55,200 bases of DNA from Candidatus Nomurabacteria bacterium RIFCSPLOWO2_01_FULL_33_24 (GTDB lineage Bacteria; Patescibacteriota; Minisyncoccia; Phycocordibacterales; MFUP01). The stretch is taken from the NCBI GenBank assembly GCA_001785735.1, contig MFUP01000005.1, positions 1 through 55,200 of the forward strand, in the 5' to 3' direction. The notes under the pieces are model-generated. The model ran no database searches and was not told the origin of the DNA. It saw nothing but the letters and a program-made list of their open reading frames with translations. Both the position numbers and the translations under genes were made by a program. Positions 10,291 to 20,034 of the stretch are shown here, piece by piece; the first letter of the stretch is position 1, and every line of letters begins with the position of its first letter.

Positions 10291-11755
10291 AGTTTTTTAT
10301 GTAATAGTATTTGGTTTTACCCTAGGAATATTTTTTCGGTCATTTTTTAACTGGGGCTGGAGCTGGATTGCTTTTTTTCTTCTTCTTTCTTTTTTTCTAT
10401 TTTTTTCTTCCCTTATCTTAAAAAATATAAAAAACGTTACCATTCTCATTTCAGTTTTTGTTTTAACTTTTGGTTTAGGAGTTTGGCGTTTTTATATATC
10501 TGATATTAAATTACCACCATCTTTAGAAGAAAAAATTGAATCCCGGGTCAAATTTGAGGGTTTAATTATCAATGAACCTGATCAACGAGAAAATAATACT
10601 AAATTAACAGTTGAATTACAAAAGGGAATTAGAGTTTTAATAACTACTGATTTATATCCAGAATTTAAATATGGAGATTATATTAAATTTAATGGTACTT
10701 TTAAAAAACCAATCAATTTTACAACTGATGTTGGGAAAGAATTTGACTATATTAACTATCTAGCTAAAGATAAAATTTATTACCAAGTTTTCTATCCAGA
10801 AATAGAAATTATTTCGTCTGGCGGAGGTAATTTTATAAAGAGCAATCTTTTTAATTTGAAACACTCATTTCTTAATAAAATCAATAAACTTATTCCAGCC
10901 CCAGAGTCATCTCTATTAGGAGGATTACTTTTAGGAACTAAGCAAGCTTTGGGAGGAGAACTTCAAGATGATTTTATTAAGGTTGGCATTATCCATATCG
11001 TTGTTCTTTCTGGTTATAATGTTACTATTGTGGCCGAATCTTTAATGAGATTCTTTAAATCTTTTTTGCGCAAAACCGTAGCCACTTCTCTTGGGGTAAT
11101 AAGTATTGTTTTATTCGCTATTATTACTGGGGCTGGGGCCACTATTATCAGAGCTTCTATTATGGCTATTCTTGTTTTATTAGCACGAGCTACTGGAAGA
11201 ACTTATGATATCATCAGGGCCTTGCTGTTGGCGGGATTTTTAATGCTTATTCATAACCCTTGGATTCTGGTTTTTGATATCTCTTTTGAATTATCTTTTT
11301 TGGCGACCATTGGTCTTATTTATTTAACTCCAAGGATAGTTGAATATGTTCAATTTTTACCCAAAACATTGGATCTAAGAGGAATTTTTTCGGCCACTAT
11401 CGCTGTTCAGTTTTTTGTTTTGCCTTTCATTTTATACAAGATGGGGACATTATCTCTAGTGGCTCCTATTGTTAATCTTCTTATTTTACCTCTTATTCCT
11501 CTGACGATGTTGGTTGGCTTTTTAACTGGTGTTTTAGGTTTTATTATTTCCGTTCTCTCGGTTCCTTTTGCTTGGATTTCTTATCTTTTGCTTCATCTTG
11601 AAATTTCTTTGGCCCAAATTTTCGCTAACTTTTCTTTTGCCTCAATGACAGTGAAATCCTTTCCTTTAATTTTGGTAGTTTTAATTTATCTGTTTATTGG
11701 TTGGTATTTAATAAAACATAAAAACAAAGATGAAAGAATTTTACAAGAATCTTAA
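10280..11755 (+). CDS. comEC: ComEC/Rec2 competence channel protein (N-terminal OB-like domain plus polytopic competence domain, no MBL domain)
   Basis: 491 aa with many TM helices. Has GIIHIVVLSGYNV (ComEC HxxxxSGxH-type motif). Confidence 0.85.
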   Translation: MKDEVFYVIVFGFTLGIFFRSFFNWGWSWIAFFLLLSFFLFFSSLILKNIKNVTILISVFVLTFGLGVWRFYISDIKLPPSLEEKIESRVKFEGLIINEPDQRENNTKLTVELQKGIRVLITTDLYPEFKYGDYIKFNGTFKKPINFTTDVGKEFDYINYLAKDKIYYQVFYPEIEIISSGGGNFIKSNLFNLKHSFLNKINKLIPAPESSLLGGLLLGTKQALGGELQDDFIKVGIIHIVVLSGYNVTIVAESLMRFFKSFLRKTVATSLGVISIVLFAIITGAGATIIRASIMAILVLLARATGRTYDIIRALLLAGFLMLIHNPWILVFDISFELSFLATIGLIYLTPRIVEYVQFLPKTLDLRGIFSATIAVQFFVLPFILYKMGTLSLVAPIVNLLILPLIPLTMLVGFLTGVLGFIISVLSVPFAWISYLLLHLEISLAQIFANFSFASMTVKSFPLILVVLIYLFIGWYLIKHKNKDERILQES

Positions 11756-12593
11756 ATGGTATTTCTTAATTTTACTTTTTATGGGAGTAATGTTTATTTG
11801 GTATACAATTTTCCAAGAAGACAAAGAAAATTATTTAATGGTTGCTTTTTTAGATGTCGGACAAGGAGACGCAATTTTTATTGAAGCTCCTAATGGAAAT
11901 CAAATATTGATTGATGCTGGTCCCAACAGAAAAGTTTTAGAAGAACTTGGGAAAATAATGCCTTTTTATGATAGATCAATTAATATGGTTATTGTCACTC
12001 ACCCTGATAATGATCATATCGGGGGATTACCAAGTGTGCTGGAAAATTATAAGATTGATAAAATAATAAAATCAGATAGAAAATCCGATACTCCTAATTT
12101 TCAAGCCTCAGAAAAAATAATTGAAGAAACAAAAATTGAAAAAATACTGGGGAAAAGGGGATTAAAAATAATATTAGATAATAAAAAAGAAATTTATTTA
12201 AAAATTTTATTACCAGACAAAAAATCAAATGAATGGAATGATAATGATTTTTCACTGGTAACCCAATTAATTTATGGAAAGAATAAGTTTTTAATGACAG
12301 GGGATATTTCACAATCGATTGAAAATTATTTAACCTATATTGATAGTGATGAACTAGATAGCGATGTTCTAAAAATTGGTCATCACGGTTCTAAAACTTC
12401 TACAAGTGAATTATTTATTGAAAAAGTATCTCCCGAGTATAGCATTATTTCAGTTGAAAAAGATAATAATTATGGTCATCCTCATCAAGAAACCCTAGAT
12501 ACTCTGAATAAATTTAAAACAAAAATCCTCTCTACAGCAGAAGAGGGAGTAATTATTTTTAAATCTAACGGAGAAAAATTATATCTCAAATAA
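11730..12593 (+). CDS. Membrane-anchored metallo-beta-lactamase domain protein (ComEC C-terminal domain encoded separately)
   Basis: N-terminal TM helix WYFLILLFMGVMFIWYTIF; MBL motifs VTHPDNDHIGG and KIGHHGSKTS. Overlaps comEC by 26 nt in another frame. Confidence 0.85.
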   Translation: MKEFYKNLKWYFLILLFMGVMFIWYTIFQEDKENYLMVAFLDVGQGDAIFIEAPNGNQILIDAGPNRKVLEELGKIMPFYDRSINMVIVTHPDNDHIGGLPSVLENYKIDKIIKSDRKSDTPNFQASEKIIEETKIEKILGKRGLKIILDNKKEIYLKILLPDKKSNEWNDNDFSLVTQLIYGKNKFLMTGDISQSIENYLTYIDSDELDSDVLKIGHHGSKTSTSELFIEKVSPEYSIISVEKDNNYGHPHQETLDTLNKFKTKILSTAEEGVIIFKSNGEKLYLK

Positions 12594-12828
12594 GACCAGC
12601 TTTTTTAAGAGTAGCATAGGCGCCATTTTTGTTAATGGTTTTTATGGCTTTAGTTGAAAGTTCTAATCTAATAGTTTTTCCAGTTTCTGGAATATAAATT
12701 CTTTTCTTTTGAAGATTAGGATATTTTCTTTTTTTACCAGTTGGGTTGAATTGAGTAGCTCGAACACGATTACTGTATCCACCAGTCATCTTCGAACCTT
12801 TTTTAGTTATGAGACATGTTTTGGCCAT
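12586..12828 (-). CDS. rpmB: 50S ribosomal protein L28
   Basis: 80 aa, MAKTCLITKKGSKMTGGYSNRVRATQFNPTGKK..., typical L28. Confidence 0.93.
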   Translation of the reverse strand: MAKTCLITKKGSKMTGGYSNRVRATQFNPTGKKRKYPNLQKKRIYIPETGKTIRLELSTKAIKTINKNGAYATLKKAGLI

Positions 12829-12863
12829 AATTATAAGGTCATGTTATCATATAGATATATTCT

Positions 12864-13511
12864 ATGCAAGAAATTTTTACTATCGTTATATTAATTATGT
12901 CGGTAGTTATTCACGAAATGTCCCATGGATATACTGCCTTGGCCTTTGGTGATCAAACGGCTAAATATGCTGGTCGATTAACTTTAAATCCCCTTAAACA
13001 CCTTGATCCTATTGGATCAGTTATTGTTCCATTAATTTTAGTCCTTCTCCCTGGAGGTTTTGTTTTTGGCTGGGCGAAACCAGTTCCTTATAATCCAAAT
13101 AATTTAAGAAATTTAAAATGGGGAACAATTTCAGTCGCTTCGGCAGGAGTTTTAGCTAATCTTTTTCTAGCTTTAATTTTTGGCTTATTAATTAGAATAG
13201 TCCTGTCTTCTTCCTGGGCTGTTCCTCAAAGTTTTTTAATCATTACGGGGATGATTGTTTTTATAAATGTTTTATTAGCTATTTTTAATCTTATTCCCGT
13301 TTCTCCTCTTGATGGGTCAAAAATATTTTTTTCGTTGCTTCCCGATAATTATAGATATATTGCTAAATTTTTAGAACAATATTCCATTTTTGTAATCCTA
13401 TTTATTATTTTTTTCTTGTGGGGTTATATTCAACCGATTATGTTTTGGTTGTTCAAAGTATTTTCAGGAATGTCTGCTTTTGAATTTTTTAATTTATTGC
13501 AAATAATATGA
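12864..13511 (+). CDS. Site-2 protease family (M50) membrane metalloprotease
   Basis: HEMSHG zinc motif, NLIPVSPLDGSKI second motif, polytopic. Confidence 0.88.
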   Translation: MQEIFTIVILIMSVVIHEMSHGYTALAFGDQTAKYAGRLTLNPLKHLDPIGSVIVPLILVLLPGGFVFGWAKPVPYNPNNLRNLKWGTISVASAGVLANLFLALIFGLLIRIVLSSSWAVPQSFLIITGMIVFINVLLAIFNLIPVSPLDGSKIFFSLLPDNYRYIAKFLEQYSIFVILFIIFFLWGYIQPIMFWLFKVFSGMSAFEFFNLLQII

Positions 13512-15217
13512 TAAAAGCTAAATATATAATTATTTTATTTTTTCTCTTAGTGTTTTTACCATCACCAACCTTAGCTGAAAATATAGATAACACTTATTAT
13601 CGAGCTCAAGTTATTGAAGATAGTTCTTATCTTAATTTTAATTGTGATACTTATTGTAATGTAACAGTTAGTGGTTCTGAATTAACCGGTTATGCTTGGA
13701 GTGAAAATTATGGTTGGATAAGTCTTAATTGTAGTAATGATAATTCTTGTGCTTCCAGTAATTTTAAAATTTCTAATAATGGGAACGGAACTCTTTCTGG
13801 TTATGCTTGGGGAGAAAATATAGGATGGATTAATTTTGGTCCTCATAGTGGATCAAGTACATCCCAAGTGTCTATTAGTAATGCTGGTGATTTTAGGGGT
13901 TATGCTTGGGGAGAAAATATAGGATGGATATCTTTTAGTTGTAATAATAATAACTCTTGTGCTACTCCAACTAACGGGACTAATGACTGGGAGGTCAGAA
14001 CATATTGGATTCCTACTAGTGTAAGTAGCGGAGGAGATAGTGGTCCTGGTTCAACCCCTGACCCAACCCCTGACCCAATCCCTGACCCAACCCCTGACCC
14101 AACCCCGACTCAGGGTGCTTCTTCTGATGGAAGTTCATTGGAAACTATTCCTCAACCGGTATTATCCGAATTGCTTTTAGGACAAATAAAAACTAGTTTT
14201 GAAACAACTATAAAAGCAATTTCTTTTGCTAGTCAAGAATTAAAAAAAATTGTAAATAATCCCACTGGAGATGCAATAACAAAAATTGTTTCTACCACTG
14301 GAGTTGTTACAGGAACGACTGTCTCTGTTGCCTCGGCCCTTTTTCTAAATCCAATTTCTTTCTCAGAAATTATTCTAATACCAGCTAGACTCTGGGGGCT
14401 TCTAATGACCGTTTTTGGTTTAAAGAAACGTCGACGACCATGGGGAACTGTTTACGATAGTATCACTAAACAACCTCTTGATCCAGCCTATGTTGTTCTT
14501 CAAGACTTAGAAGGTAAAGAGATAAATACCTCAATTACAGACCTTGATGGTCGTTATGGATTTTTAACAACTCCAGGAAAATATAAAATTTTAGCTAATA
14601 AAACAAATTATAATTTTCCATCAAAAAATCTCTATGGAAAAATCAGAGATGAGTTATATAATGATCTTTATTTTAATGAAGAAATAGAAATAAAAGAAGA
14701 TGGAGAAATTATTAATAAAAATATTCCCTTAGATCCAATTAATTTTGATTGGAACGAATTTCAAAAGAGAGAACAGAAATTAATGAAATTTTATTCTCGT
14801 CGAAGTTTATTTTTAGCTAGATTATCCGGAACCTTTTTCGTTATTGGTTTTACTGTCGCTTTATTGGCCGCATTTTTGGCGCCCAAAACATATAATATTA
14901 TTATTCTTGGTTTATATTTTGTTTTATTAGTTGTGCGTCAAGTTGGATTGAAGCCAAAATCTCAAGGAGGCATTACGAGCAAAGACACAGGAAAACCAAT
15001 GCCTTTTGCGATTTTGCGTATTTTTAATACTGCCATGGACACAGAAATTGCTCATAAAGTTGCTAACCAAACAGGAAGATATTTTTGTCTAGTTGCCAAT
15101 GGAACTTATGGTATCAAGGTTGAAAAGAAGAATGAAGACGGGTCTTATTCATTGGTTTATACATCAGAATTAATAAAAGTTACCAATGGAATTATTAATA
15201 AAATGTTTGAGGTTTAA
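13508..15217 (+). CDS. Secreted/membrane repeat protein (3x GYAWGENIGWI module, PDPT linker, TM helices, two carboxypeptidase-regulatory-like domains)
   Basis: Signal peptide ...PSPTLA/EN. Repeats GYAWSENYGWISLNC / GYAWGENIGWINFG / GYAWGENIGWISFSC. DLDGRYGF-type beta-sandwich signatures. No recognised function. Confidence 0.7.
   Translation: MIKAKYIIILFFLLVFLPSPTLAENIDNTYYRAQVIEDSSYLNFNCDTYCNVTVSGSELTGYAWSENYGWISLNCSNDNSCASSNFKISNNGNGTLSGYAWGENIGWINFGPHSGSSTSQVSISNAGDFRGYAWGENIGWISFSCNNNNSCATPTNGTNDWEVRTYWIPTSVSSGGDSGPGSTPDPTPDPIPDPTPDPTPTQGASSDGSSLETIPQPVLSELLLGQIKTSFETTIKAISFASQELKKIVNNPTGDAITKIVSTTGVVTGTTVSVASALFLNPISFSEIILIPARLWGLLMTVFGLKKRRRPWGTVYDSITKQPLDPAYVVLQDLEGKEINTSITDLDGRYGFLTTPGKYKILANKTNYNFPSKNLYGKIRDELYNDLYFNEEIEIKEDGEIINKNIPLDPINFDWNEFQKREQKLMKFYSRRSLFLARLSGTFFVIGFTVALLAAFLAPKTYNIIILGLYFVLLVVRQVGLKPKSQGGITSKDTGKPMPFAILRIFNTAMDTEIAHKVANQTGRYFCLVANGTYGIKVEKKNEDGSYSLVYTSELIKVTNGIINKMFEV
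13799..13929 (+). repeat. Exact 32-nt direct repeat (ggttatgcttggggagaaaatataggatggat) within the CDS, copies 99 nt apart
   Basis: Copies at 13799-13830 and 13898-13929, read directly. They encode the GYAWGENIGW module. Confidence 0.9.
14052..14110 (+). repeat. 12-bp in-frame tandem repeat (caacccctgacc, about 4.9 copies) encoding the (PDPT)n linker
   Basis: Read directly. One copy has C to T (caatccctgacc) and the last copy is partial. Confidence 0.9.
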
Positions 15218-15222
15218 AACTA

Positions 15223-15231
15223 TTTTTTTCT
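15223..15231 (+). promoter_or_regulatory. Extended -10 promoter element TGTTATAAT
   Basis: Exact TGnTATAAT 30 nt upstream of the ATG at 15262. Confidence 0.4.
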
Positions 15232-15261
15232 ATGTTATAATCCAAATATAAAAATATATTT

Positions 15262-16809
15262 ATGGCAAGAAAGGTATTAAAAACGAAAGATATTTTAACT
15301 AAAAACAAGATTTTTGCGATATTTTTTCTTTGTTTTCTGCTCTTTGTTTTTGTTACTCAAGTCTTGGCTGTTCCTCCCATTAGTGTCTATGCTCCCGGAG
15401 CTTCCTTAAATCCAAACTGTGCTCCCGGAAGCACTAATTGTACCACTGGATCTCTCTATTACAGCGGAGGAACAGATATTGCTGTAGCTGATGGGGGAAC
15501 GGGAGTCTCAACTCTAACAGATGGTGGAATATTGCTTGGTTCTGGAACTAGTGCTGTCACCGCTACTAGCCAACCAACTAATGGACAACTTTTAATTGGA
15601 AGCACAGGAGTTGATCCAGTTTTAGCAACTATAACCGGTGGCACAAATTTAACTACCACCAATGGATCAGGAACAATTACTTTAGATGTTGATGATTCTT
15701 TTATATTAAATACAGGAGACATCGGAACAGGAGTTTTTGATTTTGGAGGAGCAACTTCAATTGAAATTGTAAATGGGACTGGTCCCACAGTAGATACTAC
15801 CGGAGAAATTGCTATTGACACAAACGCTGATGGTAATTATATAGATCAAGGCTGGCTTACTTATTATGATGGAACACAAATTATGTTTGTTCCCGCCTTT
15901 GATGCGATTGGAACTCCATCAGAGAATGATGTGATTACTTATGATGCTACTAACGACAAATGGGTCATTGAAGCTCAGTCCGGGGGTTTGTCAAATATTG
16001 TGGAGGATACAACGCCACAACTTGGTGGTGATTTAGACGCTAATAGTTTTGAAATAAAAATGGTTAATGGTGATGGGATACTTGATGTTAATGGTGATGA
16101 AATTGTTGAATTTAATACAAATGGAATAGCTTTTACAGGAGCAAACTTTATCCGACTTAGTTCTGCGGCTACTGGTGGCGATGTTGGAATACTGGCAGAA
16201 GGAAGTGATAGTAATGTTGGAATAACAATTGATTCTAAAGGAACAGAGACAATAGACATAGGAAGGAATGGAGGAGGAGTTAAACTGGGAAATGGACTGT
16301 TGTTGTTTCCAAACTCAGATGGGGTGGCTAATACTTATTTGACCACTAATGGCTCCGCTACCCTTTCCTTTTCTGTTTTAGATATTTCTCATGATACTTC
16401 CCCTGCCCTTGGTGGTGATTTAGACACTAGCGCTAGTGATATTGATATTTCTGCCGATAGTAATTTATTTTATAGTGTTTCCACCTTAACGACGATAACA
16501 GGAAATTCAAATGACTGGGCAATAGGTGATGGTGTCTATTTTAGAGTAGCTTCTAATGAACTCGGCGTTTATCAGATAACAGGAATAGCTGGGGGATCCG
16601 ATGGAAGAGTAATTTATATTACCAATATTAATACTATTGGTGGTTTTAGCGGTGATTTAACTTTAAAAAACGAAGATGCAAACAGCACGGCCGCCAATAG
16701 GTTTGCTTTTAGCACAGGAGCAGATATAAATTTGCGAGAACAAAGCACTTATGCGTTTATTTATGATTCAGTAATATCAAGATGGAGAGAGCTAACCATT
16801 GTTCCTTAA
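15262..16809 (+). CDS. Secreted Gly/Thr-rich fibre-like protein of unknown function
   Basis: Signal-anchor [30 protein letters not shown] motif and duplicated [16 protein letters not shown] / [17 protein letters not shown]. Long stop-free antisense frames reflect the biased composition. Confidence 0.65.
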   Translation: MARKVLKTKDILTKNKIFAIFFLCFLLFVFVTQVLAVPPISVYAPGASLNPNCAPGSTNCTTGSLYYSGGTDIAVADGGTGVSTLTDGGILLGSGTSAVTATSQPTNGQLLIGSTGVDPVLATITGGTNLTTTNGSGTITLDVDDSFILNTGDIGTGVFDFGGATSIEIVNGTGPTVDTTGEIAIDTNADGNYIDQGWLTYYDGTQIMFVPAFDAIGTPSENDVITYDATNDKWVIEAQSGGLSNIVEDTTPQLGGDLDANSFEIKMVNGDGILDVNGDEIVEFNTNGIAFTGANFIRLSSAATGGDVGILAEGSDSNVGITIDSKGTETIDIGRNGGGVKLGNGLLLFPNSDGVANTYLTTNGSATLSFSVLDISHDTSPALGGDLDTSASDIDISADSNLFYSVSTLTTITGNSNDWAIGDGVYFRVASNELGVYQITGIAGGSDGRVIYITNINTIGGFSGDLTLKNEDANSTAANRFAFSTGADINLREQSTYAFIYDSVISRWRELTIVP

Positions 16810-16834
16810 TTATTTACCACGAAGAATTGGCTAT

Positions 16835-16886
16835 TTGACAAGTTTTTGTATTTTGCTACTATTAAAAAAGCTCTTGAGAGCTTTTT
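16835..16886 (+). promoter_or_regulatory. rpsL promoter plus promoter-proximal hairpin
   Basis: TTGACA (16835-16840), N16, TGCTACTAT (-10 at 16857-16862). Then AAAAAGCUC-UUGA-GAGCUUUUU hairpin (16864-16886) and the ATG at 16892. Confidence 0.55.
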
Positions 16887-16891
16887 ATTTT

Positions 16892-17311
16892 ATGCCAACG
16901 ACTAATCAATTAACTAAAAATAAAAGAAAAAAAATTATTAAAAGATCAAAAGCCGTTGCCCTGGCTCGTGGTTTTAATGAAAAAAAAAACAGACCCGTTT
17001 TTTATCCATCTCCTTTTAAAAGGGGAGTTTGTCTTAATGTTAAAACCATTACTCCTAAAAAACCAAACTCCGCTCTTCGAAAAATTGCTCGAGTTCGTTT
17101 AACTAACGGAACAGAAGTAACCGCTTATATTCCGGGAGAAGGACATAATCTTCAGGAACATTCAGTAGTTATTCTTCGAGGAGGAAGAGTTAAAGATTTA
17201 ATTGGAGTTCGTTATCATATTGTCCGAGGAGTCCTTGATACAACTGGGGTAGAAGGAAGAAAAAATTCTAGAAGTTGTTATGGAACAAAGAAACTAAAAG
17301 ATAAGAAATAA
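16892..17311 (+). CDS. rpsL: 30S ribosomal protein S12
   Basis: [13 protein letters not shown]...[10 protein letters not shown]...; start set at ATG 16892. The ORF-track extension from 16799 overlaps the upstream gene and the promoter. Confidence 0.96.
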   Translation: MPTTNQLTKNKRKKIIKRSKAVALARGFNEKKNRPVFYPSPFKRGVCLNVKTITPKKPNSALRKIARVRLTNGTEVTAYIPGEGHNLQEHSVVILRGGRVKDLIGVRYHIVRGVLDTTGVEGRKNSRSCYGTKKLKDKK

Positions 17312-17313
17312 AA

Positions 17314-17790
17314 ATGAGAAGACCAGTAAAAAAAATAAATAAAATTCAACCCGATAGAGTTTATAATTCTGACAAATTATCTAAATTCATTAATTACATT
17401 ATGCAATCTGGCAAAAAAGCCACTGCTCAAAAAATAATTTACCAAGCTCTTGATGTTATTAAAGAAAAAACTAAAAATCCTAATCCATTAGAAATTTTTG
17501 AATTAGCTCTTAAAAATACCACCCCTTTAATGGAGGTTAGATCGCGTAGAGTTGGGGGAGCTAATTATCAAGTTCCTCGAGAAGTTAGACCCGAGAGAAA
17601 ATTAATTCTTTCGATGAGATGGATTATTGAAGCGGCTCGGGCCAAAAAAGGAAAATCTATTTGTTTAAATTTGGCTGAAGAAATTATTTTAGCTAGCAAG
17701 AACGAAGGGGAGGCAGTTAAAAAAAGAGAAATTACCCACAAAATGGCCGAGGGCAACAAGGCTTTTGCTCACTTCAGTTGGGGAAAATAA
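17314..17790 (+). CDS. rpsG: 30S ribosomal protein S7
   Basis: Typical S7 sequence ([15 protein letters not shown]) in str-operon context. Confidence 0.96.
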   Translation: MRRPVKKINKIQPDRVYNSDKLSKFINYIMQSGKKATAQKIIYQALDVIKEKTKNPNPLEIFELALKNTTPLMEVRSRRVGGANYQVPREVRPERKLILSMRWIIEAARAKKGKSICLNLAEEIILASKNEGEAVKKREITHKMAEGNKAFAHFSWGK

Positions 17791-17793
17791 AAT

Positions 17794-19932
17794 ATGGACA
17801 GAGATTATCCTTTAGAAAAAGTTAGAAATATTGGAATTATTGCTCATATTGATGCCGGGAAGACTACTGTCACCGAGCGTATTTTATATTACACAGGAAT
17901 TTCTCATAAAATTGGTGAAGTTCACGAAGGACAAGCGATTATGGATTGGATGGAACAAGAAAGAGAGAGAGGGATTACTATTACTTCGGCGGCTACTACT
18001 TGTTTTTGGACTCCAACTTATTCTAATAAAGAAGATAAATCAACTAAATATCGTTTTAATATCATTGATACTCCTGGTCATGTTGATTTTACCGCTGAAG
18101 TAGAGAGATCTTTAAAAGTTTTGGATGGAGGAGTTGTTTGTTTTGACGGAGTAGCTGGGGTAGAACCTCAATCAGAAACAGTTTGGCGTCAAGCTGATAA
18201 ATATAAAGTTCCTAGAATTTGTTTTGTTAATAAATTAGACAGAACAGGAGCTTCTTTTGAATATTCTTTTAAAACTATTTTAGATCGATTGACAAAAAAT
18301 GCTGTTCGAATGCAAATTCCAATCGGAGAAGAAGATAAATATGAGGGTTCAATTGATTTATTAACAATGAAAGCCTATCGTTTTGAAGGGAAGATGGGAA
18401 TTGAAGTTAAAGAAAGTGAAATTCCCGAAAATTTAAAAGCAGAAGCAAAAAAATATAGGACTGAACTAATTGAAAAAATTGTAGAAAATGATGAAAAATT
18501 AACTAATCAATATTTAGAAGGAAAAGAGATACCGCTAAAAGATTTAAAGAAAATTCTTAGAAAAGGAACAATAGATAATGAAATTTTCCCGGTTTTTTGT
18601 GGTTCTGCTCTTAAAAATAAAGGAGTTCAACTAGTTCTTGATGGAGTGGTTGATTATTTGCCAAGCCCGATTGATATTCCTCCAATAAAAGGTCTTGATC
18701 CAGAAACCGAAAAAGAAATTGAAAGACAAACTTCAGATAACACTCCTTTTTCTGCTCTGGCTTTTAAACTCCAAACAGATCCTTTTGTTGGCCAACTAAC
18801 TTATTTTAGGGTTTATTCTGGAACTTTATCTGCTGGTTCTTATGTTTATAATCCCAGAACTGGTGACAGAGAAAGGATAGGACGAATTTTAAGAATGCAT
18901 TCTAATTCCAGAGAAGAAGTAAAAAAAGTTTTTGCCGGTGAAATTGTGGCGACTGTTGGTTTAAAGAATACCATCACCTCCGATACTCTTTGTGATGAAA
19001 ATAATCCAGTTATTCTTGATCGAATCGAATTTCCAGAACCAGTTGTTTCTCTTAGAATTGAACCAAAAACCAAAGCTGATCAAGAGAAAATGGGGATGGC
19101 TCTAAATCGTTTAGCTCAAGAAGATCCTACTTTTAAAATTACCTCTGACCAAGAAACAATGGAAACTATTATTTGGGGAATGGGAGAACTTCATTTAGAT
19201 ATTATTATTGATCGAATGAAAAGAGAATTCAGCGTTGAAGCTGATGTTGGAAAACCACAAGTTGCTTATAAAGAAACAATTACTGGTAAATCTGAAGCTG
19301 AAGGTAAATATATAAAACAATCTGGAGGACGTGGCCAATATGGTCATGTAAAAATTAGAGTCAAACCTCTTGAAGAAGCTCCAGAGAATTTACCTAAAAA
19401 TACTAAACGATCAGAAGGTTTCGAATTTATTAACAACATTAAAGGAGGAGTTATTCCTCATGAATATATTCCGGCGGTTGAAAAAGGATTAAAAGAAGGA
19501 ATGAGCAGAGGAGTTTTAGCTGGTTTTAATATAGTTAATATTTCTTGTGAACTTTTTGATGGATCTTATCACGAAGTTGATTCTTCGGAAATAGCTTTCA
19601 AAATTGCTACTTCTATGGCTCTCCAAGATGCTGCTAAAAGAGCCAAGCCAGTTTTACTTGAACCAATGATGAAGGTAGAAGTAGTTACTCCAGAAAAATT
19701 TATGGGAGATGTTACTGGAAATTTGAGTTCCAAAAGAGGAATTATTGAAGGAATGGAGGATCGGGGGATGAATAAGGTCATTAAGGCCATAGTCCCTTTA
19801 TCTGAAATGTTTGGATATATTACTACTCTCCGAACGATGACTGAAGGACGGGCTAATTTTACTATGGAATTTTTGCGTTTTGATATTGTTCCTAAAAATG
19901 TGGCTGATGACATCATTGCTTCCAGAAAATAA
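17794..19932 (+). CDS. fusA: Elongation factor G
   Basis: [17 protein letters not shown] and NKLD GTPase motifs; 712 aa. Confidence 0.97.
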   Translation: MDRDYPLEKVRNIGIIAHIDAGKTTVTERILYYTGISHKIGEVHEGQAIMDWMEQERERGITITSAATTCFWTPTYSNKEDKSTKYRFNIIDTPGHVDFTAEVERSLKVLDGGVVCFDGVAGVEPQSETVWRQADKYKVPRICFVNKLDRTGASFEYSFKTILDRLTKNAVRMQIPIGEEDKYEGSIDLLTMKAYRFEGKMGIEVKESEIPENLKAEAKKYRTELIEKIVENDEKLTNQYLEGKEIPLKDLKKILRKGTIDNEIFPVFCGSALKNKGVQLVLDGVVDYLPSPIDIPPIKGLDPETEKEIERQTSDNTPFSALAFKLQTDPFVGQLTYFRVYSGTLSAGSYVYNPRTGDRERIGRILRMHSNSREEVKKVFAGEIVATVGLKNTITSDTLCDENNPVILDRIEFPEPVVSLRIEPKTKADQEKMGMALNRLAQEDPTFKITSDQETMETIIWGMGELHLDIIIDRMKREFSVEADVGKPQVAYKETITGKSEAEGKYIKQSGGRGQYGHVKIRVKPLEEAPENLPKNTKRSEGFEFINNIKGGVIPHEYIPAVEKGLKEGMSRGVLAGFNIVNISCELFDGSYHEVDSSEIAFKIATSMALQDAAKRAKPVLLEPMMKVEVVTPEKFMGDVTGNLSSKRGIIEGMEDRGMNKVIKAIVPLSEMFGYITTLRTMTEGRANFTMEFLRFDIVPKNVADDIIASRK

Positions 19933-19948
19933 TAATAACTATTAGGGC

Positions 19949-19998
19949 TTGCACTTATTTTTTAATTTGATAAGATAGAGATGTCGCTCTTTAGCGAT
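19949..19998 (+). promoter_or_regulatory. tuf promoter plus promoter-proximal hairpin
   Basis: TTGCAC (19949-19954), N16, TGATAAGAT (-10 at 19971-19976). Then GUCGCU-CUUU-AGCGAU hairpin (19983-19998) followed by a U-run. Confidence 0.5.
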
Positions 19999-20034
19999 TT
20001 TTATTATCAATAAATAATCTAATATAAAAATATT

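Noticed and set aside
12709-12894. ORF 12709-12894 (+), and ORFs 31599-31805 and 31633-31863 (-).
   Set aside because: They are antisense to rpmB and to rpsN/rpsH respectively, have no support, and span promoter regions.
14052-14110. The short tandem repeat as a possible CRISPR or non-coding satellite.
   Set aside because: The 12-bp units have no spacers, lie in-frame inside a CDS, and encode a Pro/Asp/Thr linker. No CRISPR-like repeat-spacer array occurs anywhere in the window.
15459-16259. Long antisense ORFs 15459-15821 and 15975-16259, and 28002-28928 and 30560-30760 inside the NHL gene.
   Set aside because: They arise because Gly/Thr/Asn-rich repeat coding sequence lacks stop codons in the opposite or alternative frames. 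The translations are low-complexity and there are no start-site signals.
16799-16891. N-terminal extensions proposed by the ORF track for rpsL (16799), tpiA (5852), rpsC (24938) and rplF (32197).
   Set aside because: The extensions overlap upstream genes or promoters and precede canonical N-termini (MPTTNQL, MKQKKLIIGNWKMN, MTKTVHPY, MSRIGKQ). Internal ATG starts were chosen instead.
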